Below, one piece after another: positions 8,839 to 17,700 of a stretch of 33,718 nucleotides of DNA. Each line of letters starts with the position of its first letter. The first letter of the stretch is position 1. The position numbers and the translations under genes were made by a program. The notes beneath the pieces were generated by a model that was not told the DNA's origin, made no database searches, and worked only from the letters and a program-made list of their open reading frames with translations. The stretch is from contig CAZCNG010000003.1 in NCBI GenBank assembly GCA_964500045.1, positions 1 through 33,718 on the forward strand, given 5' to 3'. Origin of the DNA: an uncultured Methanomassiliicoccaceae archaeon (lineage in GTDB: Archaea > Thermoplasmatota > Thermoplasmata > Methanomassiliicoccales > UBA472).

Positions 8839-9264
8839 CTATGTGGAGCGCTGCTTCAGCTTGTAGCCGGTACCGTGGAAGACCGCCACCAGTTCTTCGC
8901 CGGCGAAGACGCGGACCTCGTACAGCGAGGTGGTCTTTCCCTCGCTCGTCTTTTTGGCCCTGGCCTCCAGCTCTCCTTTGGCCGGCCTGACATAGTTGAT
9001 GCTGGCATTGATGGCGACCTGGATATCGCCTTCCGCGTTGGCGGCGAGCGCGAAGGCCTGGTCCGCCAGGGTGAAGATGGCTCCGCCGTGTATCGTGTCC
9101 AGCGCATTCTGTTTCTCCTCAGGTGGCATACGGACCACCGCCTCGCCCGGGGCCACGCTCACCGTCTTGAGCCCGCATAGGAGAGCGAAACGTGCCCTCT
9201 TCATCTCCTCGATGCGCCTCCGATTATCTTCCAGTTCCACTTCCTTCATGTTCGTGACCGTCAC
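8839..9264 (-). CDS. PaaI-family hotdog-fold thioesterase
   Basis: The 141-aa ORF has LLCGLKTVSVAPGEAVVRMP...NALDTIHGGAIFTLADQAFALAA, the typical PaaI/4HBT pattern. Confidence 0.8.
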   Translation of the reverse strand: MTVTNMKEVELEDNRRRIEEMKRARFALLCGLKTVSVAPGEAVVRMPPEEKQNALDTIHGGAIFTLADQAFALAANAEGDIQVAINASINYVRPAKGELEARAKKTSEGKTTSLYEVRVFAGEELVAVFHGTGYKLKQRST

Positions 9265-9382
9265 TACTATGTTATCGACAACGATAAACCTTGACTAGGG
9301 TCCTCGCGCTCCGAATTCCTCTGCCTCATTCATCCCATCGTTCGGCCAGAAAGATTATCTGGCCCCAAGGACATGGTGGGGC

Positions 9383-10381
9383 GTGCGTACGTCGACCATT
9401 TGGGCATTGTTGTTGGTTGCCCTCCTCCTCCCATCGATGACCTCTTTGGTCGGAAGTGCAGAGGGCGAAAAGGCCGCTCCCGCGGCCAACCTCCAGGCGC
9501 CTGAGGTCATCTACCCCAATGAGATGAAGGTCGGTATCTACGCGCTCTCGGTCTCCAATTTCAACTTCGCTGCCGGCACGTACAACATGGACATGTACAT
9601 CACCTTCGGATGGGCGAATCATAGCATAGATCGGCCCCACTTCGAGGTCATGAACGGCTGGCCTGCCTACTCGAGCGCCATCGAGCTGATCGATCAGAAC
9701 AAGACCGGCGAGTTCTGGACCATGCAATACCGCGCTCGCTTGAGCCTCTTCGTCACGCCAAACTACCAATCCTACCCGTTCGATGATGAGACCCTCAAGG
9801 TCATCATCGAAGAAGGGAACTACTCGCTTGACCAGGTGGTCTACAGTTGGTGGCCCGAGCAGAGCGGCGTCGACAGCATGTTCAGTCTCACTGGCTGGAA
9901 GGTGAGCGGTTTCCAGAACAGTACTGAATTCAAACAATACCCCGATGGGGGAGCGTTCGCTCGCCTTTCCGTCGGAGTGCTCATGGTGAGGGACTCCTCC
10001 ACCGGTGTCATCCAATCCCTGCTGCCGCCGTTGATCTTCTGCATCGTCAGCGGGCTTGCTTTCCTCTTCACCGAGAACAAGGATGGAACCATCGCCCTGC
10101 GTCTCGGTCTTGGTACCAGCATGATCATCACTGCGGTCATGTTCTACTTCAGCCAGATGAGCACTTTGCCTCCAGCGAACCAGATCAAGCTGTTGGACAT
10201 CTACATGCTCAGCGTCTATGTCTTCTTGGCCTTGTCCTTGGTGGTCACTGCCCTCATCTATCACAACGCCGCTCGCCTTAAGCGCCCTGAGAGGATCCCA
10301 CGACTCAACCAGGCCGGCTTCATTTCTAGCATCGGGTTATCCCTTGGTTTGTTCATCATTCTGCTGATGATCAGCAGTTGA
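9383..10381 (+). CDS. prokaryotic pentameric ligand-gated ion channel (Cys-loop receptor family homologue)
   Basis: GTG start. Signal peptide MRTSTIWALLLVALLLPSMTSLVGSAEG is followed by a beta-rich ectodomain of about 190 aa (VGIYALSVSNFNFAAGTYNMDMYITFGW). The loop equivalent to the Cys-loop reads SYPFDDETLKVIIEE. Four TM helices follow: M1 LLPPLIFCIVSGLAFLF, M2 LRLGLGTSMIITAVMFYF, M3 LLDIYMLSVYVFLALSLVVTALIY, a short M3-M4 loop, and M4. Confidence 0.8.
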   Translation: MRTSTIWALLLVALLLPSMTSLVGSAEGEKAAPAANLQAPEVIYPNEMKVGIYALSVSNFNFAAGTYNMDMYITFGWANHSIDRPHFEVMNGWPAYSSAIELIDQNKTGEFWTMQYRARLSLFVTPNYQSYPFDDETLKVIIEEGNYSLDQVVYSWWPEQSGVDSMFSLTGWKVSGFQNSTEFKQYPDGGAFARLSVGVLMVRDSSTGVIQSLLPPLIFCIVSGLAFLFTENKDGTIALRLGLGTSMIITAVMFYFSQMSTLPPANQIKLLDIYMLSVYVFLALSLVVTALIYHNAARLKRPERIPRLNQAGFISSIGLSLGLFIILLMISS

Positions 10382-10545
10382 TCCTCTTCAACTGGACGGC
10401 GCGGGCGGTCATCAAGTACTGCCTCTCGATGCTTCAATGGACATGGATGTATGGGACCAAGCGCCCTCCTGCCTTGCCCCTGCTCCGCAAACCATTATCA
10501 TCCCGCAAGGCCACAGCCTATTGCCAACATTGTTGGGGGTTCCAT

Positions 10546-10629
10546 ATGTCTCGTCGTTCAGTGCGCGCTTTGTCTGCAGTATTGGTGGTGTTCCTTGGGC
10601 TATCTTTGCTCCCGTTGCCTGCTCAGGCT
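10546..10629 (+). other. Sec-type signal peptide of the giant membrane protein
   Basis: MSRRSVRALSAVLVVFLGLSLLPLPAQA has a basic n-region, a hydrophobic core and an A-Q-A cleavage motif. Confidence 0.7.
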
Positions 10630-13600
10630 GCCGACCCGACCGTCTTCTTCGCCGTCTCGCCCAACAGCATCAGCATGCCTCAGGGAGGGGGATTCAATAT
10701 CTCTGTGGTCATCTCCAGCGGTGGCGTGAACGTCCCTGGCGGCAGTTTCATCGTCAACTATGATCACTCGCTCTTTGCCATCGCCACCTATGCTCCCGTC
10801 GCTCCATGGAACGTCACTCTGGCCAACCCGGCCACCGGCAACTTCTCCTTCTCTCTCTTGCCTGGAGGCGTTTCGCCAGACTCCGGGCCCATCGTCGCCC
10901 TGTATTTCAAACAGGTATTGGGCACCACTCTGATCACCAGCCGGGTCAACGTGCAGGACCCCATCATCAACTCCATGACGGCACTAAGGCCTGCCAGCGT
11001 CGACGAGGCGCATTTTGCTGCGGCCATAAACGTCGAGGTGCCAGTGGACCCCACCGTCTTCTTCGCCGTCTCGCCCAACAGCATTACCATAGCAAATGGA
11101 AACGGATTCCTCCTAACGGTGCTCATCTCCCGCGGCGGTGTGAACATCTCGGGCGGCAGTTTCATCGTCAACTATGATCACTCGCTCTTCGCCATCGCCA
11201 CCTATGCTCCCGCCGCTCCATGGAACGTCACTCTGACGAACCCCGCCACCGGCAACTTCTCCTTCTCCCTTGCATCTAGGAACGCCTCCTCGGACTCCGG
11301 TCCCATCGTCGCCATCAATTTCAAGCAGATCTCCGGCACCACCTTCTCCAACAGCAAGGCGAACGTGCAGGACCCAGCCATCCGCTCCGCGGCGGCGGAC
11401 CGGCTGGCCAGCATCGAAGAGGACCGATACAGCGCGACCATCCGCACGGAAGGGAGCTTCCCCCTCTGGATCATCCCGTTGGTCGCCGTTCTGGTGGCCG
11501 CTCCGGTCATATGGCATTACTCGCGCCAGCGGCGCCTGAAGCGGACCGATCAGGATCGCAAGAAGGACGATGACAAGGACAAGAAACGCCAGGACAAAGA
11601 GGTCACCTATTCGTCCACCTTGCTGCGCAAGGAGGACCTGGTGGCATTAGATTTCCAATTCTACAATTTCAAGTTGGACCGCAGCATTCCACCGGCCAAG
11701 CTGGTAAGAGGAAATCCGACGGCCCCGGCCTTCATGGCCGTGACCTTCCAGGGACAGAACATCGCGGAACGGGCCTATTTCAAGGTCAATGAGAAGGTGC
11801 CGGTCCAGAACGACAAGGATCCGGACAAGGGCCAGGGGGACACCGACGAACCTATCCCGCCGCCGGTGCCGGCGCTGCTGGCCGGTCCGACCAGACTGGT
11901 CTTCCGCATTCCCGCCTCCGTGATGAGCATCCCCTACGACATCGAATCGCTGCTCAACTGGAGCCAGTACGATCTGTGCGTGGTGCCGAACGCGGTGCCC
12001 GCCAACCCGACCGTGCTGGATACGATGAATCCTTCGGCCATTCGCGCTCCCGATGAGAAGGAGACCGGCATCGAGGTGCCCTATCGTCTCATCCTCTCGC
12101 CGAGCCGCCTGGGCGGTTGGGCGCACAGCCCCAGGCCGGTCGAGCACGATGGCTGGACGGAACTGTGGCACACCCGTTTGGGCGTGAAGCGCCATGAAGG
12201 TGCCGGGTTCGTCATCGACGAAGAGGATGCATCTGAACGCATCGTCAGGGCCGTGTACTCTCCCGACTACCGCGCCTCCGATCCGATCAATCCCAACGTC
12301 ATGATGCCGTTCCGCACCTCGCTAACTCCGAGGGATAGGCATGAGATCGTCCGGTTGAGCTCCGATCCCGCGCTGGCATCCTCTTCAGACACGGGCGAAC
12401 ACGGGACGATGCCCACCGAGTCGACCTTCAAGGGACCCAACCTGGTCTCCGACAAGGGCGGCATGGTGCTGGTGGCCACGGTCAAAATGGATAAGACCAT
12501 GGCCAAGGGGAATGCCATGGCCGACAAGAAGCCGGACACTGTGGCGGCGGCCAACGCCTCTCTGGCGCATTCCAAGGCGCCCCCGCCGGTCCAGGTCAAC
12601 CGCCTCATGCTGTCGACGCTGGGAGCATGGCTTGACTCAAGGGGCACCTGGTCTCCGCCCAACGACCTCGCCGTGGAGGAATGGACGCACCGCGCCACCC
12701 AAGGCCGCGACCACTATGTCAAGGTGGTCTACAAGGGATTCCTGTTTCCGACCGGCCATCGTGCCTCGCTGGTCAAAGTGACCGAGAGGCGCTTCGAACG
12801 CAAGAAGGGCCAGATCACCAGTCAAGGGGCGGGAAGCTTCATCGCCTATCTGCGCCAGAGGATGTACATCGTCGTTCTGGAACACGACAAGGCCTACGAT
12901 ACGAATCGCGCCAACCAGGGCCGCGCTTTCCCCTTCAGCAAGGTGAACGTGGTCACCGAGGTGACCCCGGATATCGATTCGCCGGAGAATTCGGGCGTCG
13001 GTAGCCTGGGTATTCAAGCTTTCTTCCCGCGCGTCAACGGCAAGGAGTTCATGTTCCGCCTGCGCTCGACCGACGTCGAAGGCAGTGGTCAGGAATTCGA
13101 GATGCCCCTCGTGTTCGTGATGAACAACATCGCCCACAATGCCACCTTGATGAATGATCTCTTCGACCAGTATCCGAAAGAGACGGATAGGAGGACCGCG
13201 GACCTCCACGGGCAGAAGACCGCCTATGCCGCTTCAGCGAAGGCGGGCGATACCACCTTTGAAACCTCCTTCCTGTACTTCGGGGCGGAGTCGACGCCTT
13301 CAACGGGCAAAGCGAAGCCTGCTTATCTGCCTGCGTTGACGCAGTTCGACGTCAACGTACAGAGTATGACCGCCATCCTGGGCCGCAAGGCCGATGCCCG
13401 GCTCACCTTCGACCCCACCTTCCTCAGTGGAGGTTTCGGAGGTGCGACCAATCAGGGCGAGGTCTTCGCCAAGATGATCGATGGTGCCAACCTCAAACTC
13501 GAGTTCCCCGGTGATAAGGCCGGCGGCCTGGCCAAGCCGGACATGGCGGTGACCGGGTTGTCGCGCAGCCAGGGAGCTGTCGCCGGCGCCCTGGACAAGG

Positions 13601-14763
13601 TGAGCCAAGGGTCCTTCGATCCCATGGATTACTTCGGTGCGGTCATGTCGGCCAAGGTGCTGGGCATACCGCTCAGTAGCATCATCGCGGTCGCAGGGCT
13701 GGAATGCATGCCCTCCTACGTTGTCGAGAACATAGGCACCTCTCCCGGAGGGATACCGAAACAGGTCAAGACGACCATGGTATGGATCCCGCAGCTTCGA
13801 TCGAGCGATCCCGCCATCTTCGTCAATAAGAGGGGTTCGACGGATGCCAGCATGAGCATCACCGTCACCATAGTCAAGGATGCGGGCAGCACCCCACCCA
13901 CCATGGACGTGGTCGGCATCATGAAGGATTTCGAGATCCACCTGCTGCCACCGGTGTTCACCTTCCTGGCGATCCCCTTCAAGAAGATGAGCTTCGAGTC
14001 GCACCCCGGCCAGAAGATGGTCTTCGATGTGGAGATGGACGCCATCACCTTTGCCGGGCCGCTCTCCTTCCTCAATGCGCTCAAGGACATCATCCCGCTG
14101 AATGGATTCGACCCGCCCGGGCTGGACGTGACGGCGGAGGGGGTCACCGCCTCCTTCTCTCTCGCCATCCCCAGCATCGGCTTCGGCGTCTTCTCCATCC
14201 AGAACATCAATCTTTCCGCCAGTCTGTGCCTTCCCTTCGGCGGCGACCCCATCCGTCTGCGTCTCGCTTTCTGTGAGCGGCACAACCCCTTCCTCCTGAC
14301 GGTGAGCATCTTTGGCGGCGGCGGCTTCTTCGCCATGAACCTCGGGCCTGATGGTGTCGAGCTCATCGAAGGGTCGTTGGAGTTCGGCGGTTGCGTCTCC
14401 ATCAACTTAGGTGTGGCCAGCGGGGGCATCTACGTCATGGCCGGCGTCTACTTCAAGATGGAGATGGTCGGCGGCGACAGCACGCTGCAGCTCACCGGCT
14501 ATCTGCGGGCCGGTGGCGCGCTGGAAGTGCTGGGAATCATCACCATCTCCATGGAGTTCTACATGGGGATCAACTATCAGCCTTCGCCGAAGCGCCTCTG
14601 GGGTGAAGCCTCGGTGACGGTGGAGATCGAGGTGGCCTTCTTCAGCAAGAGCGTATCGCTCACCATGGAAAGGGAGTTCGCCAGCTCCCCACCGCCCTCC
14701 TTCCGGGATGTGGTGCCGGAGATCAAGGATTGGGTCGACTACGGCGAAGCGTTCGGAGGTTGA
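10546..14763 (+). CDS. giant type-I membrane protein of unknown function: signal peptide, 2 cohesin-like modules, TM helix, about 1050-aa uncharacterised C-terminal region
   Basis: Uninterrupted ORF. I take the ATG at 10546 (MSRRSVRALSAVLVVFLGLSLLPLPAQA/ADP) rather than the TTG at 10378. No enzymatic motif recognised; conserved-looking blocks are listed under findings. Confidence 0.85.
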   Translation: MSRRSVRALSAVLVVFLGLSLLPLPAQAADPTVFFAVSPNSISMPQGGGFNISVVISSGGVNVPGGSFIVNYDHSLFAIATYAPVAPWNVTLANPATGNFSFSLLPGGVSPDSGPIVALYFKQVLGTTLITSRVNVQDPIINSMTALRPASVDEAHFAAAINVEVPVDPTVFFAVSPNSITIANGNGFLLTVLISRGGVNISGGSFIVNYDHSLFAIATYAPAAPWNVTLTNPATGNFSFSLASRNASSDSGPIVAINFKQISGTTFSNSKANVQDPAIRSAAADRLASIEEDRYSATIRTEGSFPLWIIPLVAVLVAAPVIWHYSRQRRLKRTDQDRKKDDDKDKKRQDKEVTYSSTLLRKEDLVALDFQFYNFKLDRSIPPAKLVRGNPTAPAFMAVTFQGQNIAERAYFKVNEKVPVQNDKDPDKGQGDTDEPIPPPVPALLAGPTRLVFRIPASVMSIPYDIESLLNWSQYDLCVVPNAVPANPTVLDTMNPSAIRAPDEKETGIEVPYRLILSPSRLGGWAHSPRPVEHDGWTELWHTRLGVKRHEGAGFVIDEEDASERIVRAVYSPDYRASDPINPNVMMPFRTSLTPRDRHEIVRLSSDPALASSSDTGEHGTMPTESTFKGPNLVSDKGGMVLVATVKMDKTMAKGNAMADKKPDTVAAANASLAHSKAPPPVQVNRLMLSTLGAWLDSRGTWSPPNDLAVEEWTHRATQGRDHYVKVVYKGFLFPTGHRASLVKVTERRFERKKGQITSQGAGSFIAYLRQRMYIVVLEHDKAYDTNRANQGRAFPFSKVNVVTEVTPDIDSPENSGVGSLGIQAFFPRVNGKEFMFRLRSTDVEGSGQEFEMPLVFVMNNIAHNATLMNDLFDQYPKETDRRTADLHGQKTAYAASAKAGDTTFETSFLYFGAESTPSTGKAKPAYLPALTQFDVNVQSMTAILGRKADARLTFDPTFLSGGFGGATNQGEVFAKMIDGANLKLEFPGDKAGGLAKPDMAVTGLSRSQGAVAGALDKVSQGSFDPMDYFGAVMSAKVLGIPLSSIIAVAGLECMPSYVVENIGTSPGGIPKQVKTTMVWIPQLRSSDPAIFVNKRGSTDASMSITVTIVKDAGSTPPTMDVVGIMKDFEIHLLPPVFTFLAIPFKKMSFESHPGQKMVFDVEMDAITFAGPLSFLNALKDIIPLNGFDPPGLDVTAEGVTASFSLAIPSIGFGVFSIQNINLSASLCLPFGGDPIRLRLAFCERHNPFLLTVSIFGGGGFFAMNLGPDGVELIEGSLEFGGCVSINLGVASGGIYVMAGVYFKMEMVGGDSTLQLTGYLRAGGALEVLGIITISMEFYMGINYQPSPKRLWGEASVTVEIEVAFFSKSVSLTMEREFASSPPPSFRDVVPEIKDWVDYGEAFGG
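10630..11457 (+). repeat. in-frame tandem duplication, 2 x 414 bp (2 x 138 aa), each copy a cohesin-like beta-sandwich module
   Basis: The offset is exactly 414 nt. 10641-10670 matches 11055-11084 (cgtcttcttcgccgtctcgcccaacagcat). 10738-10857 versus 11152-11271 is about 94% identical by hand alignment (ggcggcagtttcatcgtcaactatgatcactcgctctt...). The flanks are much more diverged. Confidence 0.9.
11458..11520 (+). other. single transmembrane helix (stop-transfer anchor) of the giant protein
   Basis: FPLWIIPLVAVLVAAPVIWHY is followed directly by SRQRRLKRTDQDRKKDDDKDKKRQDKE. By the positive-inside rule the following region is cytoplasmic. Confidence 0.7.
14755..14759 (+). promoter_or_regulatory. 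Shine-Dalgarno-like GGAGG upstream of the second giant gene
   Basis: ggagg lies 11 nt upstream of the ATG at 14771, inside the last codons of the upstream gene (stop 14761-14763). Confidence 0.5.
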
Positions 14764-14770
14764 GATTCCT

Positions 14771-17700
14771 ATGCAAGAGGTCAAGGTCATGTGGACCGCC
14801 CTGCCCCAGGGCGTGGTCGAGAAGGACGGCAAGAAGAAGGCACGGGTCTCAGCGTTCGTCAGCATCCGATTGCGCACCGACCAGGGCGACACCCTGGGCG
14901 TTTTCCCTGAGTTCCTCAATTGGCCGAAGCAGCTGGACGGGATGAAGTTCATCGTGGATTTCGGCGGTAAGAAGCGCGAGGCGCAGGTGGAGAAGCAATG
15001 GGACGCCGCCCTCTGGGAAGGCATGTTCCACAAGGACACCTACCTGGAGCCGTTCGTCTACGACGACCTGTCCAATAATATCATTCACTCGTATCCGGTT
15101 GGATTGGTCAGCCTATTCATCGCCGGCAACTACCTCAATCTGGCCGTCAACTCGGCGAACGAACTGCCCAAGTTCGAAGCGCTGCGGCAGGAGAACTCCT
15201 TCGGCAAGCTCACCTTCAAAAGGGGCGAACGCGAGGAGTTGCGCAAGCTGCTGGACCAGCATCAGGCCAGGGACAAAGCCCTCTCGGTGAACGTCCTGCC
15301 GGCGGGCAAGAAGATCGAGGCCGCCTTCATGCAGACCAGCACCTTCCATGAACCGAAGGTCGCCAAGCCAGTGCCGCTTCCGAAGTATCCGGAGGACAAG
15401 CTCATCTTCGAAAAGATGGTGGACTTCCACCAGATGCTCTCCTCCCTGGCCAACTACCCGGAGCTGATGAAGCGCCTGGGCCTGCTGGTGGAGATGTACT
15501 TTGATCCGGATGAAGTGCCTGAATCATATCCGCAGGCTCCGCTTTCCCTGGCCTTCGAATCGCCGCAGTTCCAGGCGCGCGACTACTGTCCGCGCACCGC
15601 CTACATCTATGACCAGCGACGCCTCCTGCCCTCGCCTAGATCGCAGGGAGATTATGATTGGGGCTTCCTGCGCATGGAGAAGCCGGCCGAGTATCCCGTG
15701 CTGCAGTTCGATGTGGACGGCGCCGCCATCAAGGCGCTCAACTTCGCCCAGGATATGAAGGCGCAGGACGACAAGAAGTCGCTGGATACCCCCAAGGAAG
15801 GCGGAGTGCCCTTCCTCCGCTCCGCCGGCTTCTCGGTGGCGCGCACCGACCGCGCGGTCAAGTTGCACAAAGCCTTCACCGTCTCGAAGGTTCATGAGGA
15901 CGAATTGAAGCAGCAGAAACCGACCCTGCTCTTCGCCGAGGACGTGGCCCGGGGCGTTCGCTATGACGTCCTGGACCAGAGCGTGGGTCGCTTCCAGTCC
16001 TTGTGCTGGAGGAGCGGCACCTATCGCTACATCGATGAGAAGGAGGGGGAGAAGCTCATCGCCGAGCAGGTAGTGGATGAGGCCTGGGTGCAGACCGGAG
16101 CCACTTCCACACCGGACCCGAACATACCGCAGGCGCAGAAGGACCTCTTCGTACACGAGTCTCTCTTCAACTGGAGGGGCTGGAGCCTCAGCGTCCCTCG
16201 TCCTGGCCGACCGATCGACAAGGACGACAACGCCTCGGATGTGGAACAGATACCCGCCACCCAGCTCAAGCTGAAGACCGAGTTCCTGCCGGTGAAGGGA
16301 ACCCTGCCCCGTTTGAGATATGGGCACCGCTATTCGTTCCGTGGACGCATGGCGGACCTGGGCGGCTATGGTCCTCAATTGGATGACAACGATGCGTCGC
16401 ATGCCACCATGGCGCTGAAATATCTGCGCTTCGAGCCCATACCGCCGCCGCCCCTGCTCCTGAAGGAGGAGCTGGACCTGGATGAACGGCCGGCCGAGGA
16501 CATCGGCCGTCTGGTGATCCGATCCTATAACGACGACGTCAAGAAAGACGACCATGATAGCAAGGAAACGGCGGAGCGTCATGTGGCGCCGCCACGCATC
16601 GGGCAATTGGAGGCGGAACAGGCCGGCATGTTCGACGAAGCGACGGGAATGAGGGTGGACGCGGGCATCTACAAGATGCTCTGCGAACGGGACGTCGCCC
16701 ACTTCCAAGAGGCCAAGTCCGGCGACCCGCTATGCAAGAGCGATGAGTGTCGCGTGCCCTATCTTCCCGACCCATTCGTTCTGGGGGCTGCCCTGCAGGG
16801 GCTGCCCACTGGCTCGGCCAATCCGGGGGGAAGCCCCTATCAGGTGCACTGGAAATTATCGTCGCAGGGCGAATGGAAGGACTTCGGCAAGCCGGAGCAC
16901 TGGCCGGAACTGCTGCCTTTCCGCATCCGTTTGGAGGAGGGCGACAAGGACCCGTCCTGGGACGACAGTGGCCGCGTTCTGACGGTCTACCTGCAGAAGG
17001 CCGAGCGCGTTCGCTTCAAATTGTCCAGCTATCTGTCAAAGGAAAGACTGGAGCAGATGGGCCTGTGGAACTGGGTGGAGATCTTCAAGGAGTTGGGAGG
17101 AAAGCTGGATGAGGACCAGTTCCAACACCTGCGTGACAATGCGCTGAAGGGTAAGAACTGGCTGCTGACTCCCTTCCGTTGGGTGGAGCTGGTGCATGCG
17201 GTGCAGCAGCCTCTCGGCAGGCCAGACATCGCAGCGCTCTTCCCCCGCCGCGACCGCGGCCATACCTACGCCGACCTCAATGGGGCGGTCACCGTGCATG
17301 GCCCCAGCTCTGGAAAACTGGAAATGATGGCCCAGTGGGAGGAAAGACATGATGATCCCAGTGATCTGAAGAACGATCCGGTCAAGGACCGTCGCGGCGG
17401 GTATGTGATGGCCTTCGATCATGATCTGGAACCGAAGGACCAGACCTACAGTTTCATGATGGATTATAGTCGCCGGCATCATTTCGGCGATACCATCTAC
17501 CGCCATGTGCGCTACCGGGCCGTGGCCACGACGCGCTTCAAAGAGTACCTCTCCAAGCTGGTGCGCGAAGACCCGAAGTCCGATTTCACCCGGGTCAGCC
17601 AGGACGTGGAGCTGGACATTCCCAGCTCGGCGCGTCCCGCAGTACCGCGCATAGTATATGCCCTGCCGATCTACAAATGGTCGCCCTCGGTGCACACCCC

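Noticed and set aside
9326-10264. 312-aa minus-strand ORF
   Set aside because: Antisense to the ligand-gated channel gene. Its acidic/His-rich composition has no motif, while the plus frame shows a coherent signal peptide, ectodomain and 4-TM architecture.
10378-10545. TTG-initiated 56-codon N-terminal extension of the giant gene
   Set aside because: It overlaps the channel gene stop and is Cys/Trp-rich (…CLSMLQWTWMYG…CQHCWGFH). The ATG at 10546 starts a classical signal peptide.
13300-14429. Minus-strand ORFs of 327 and 237 aa inside giant gene A
   Set aside because: Antisense shadows with R/G/D/H-rich low-complexity translations. The plus frame is continuous for 4.2 kb with protein-like composition.
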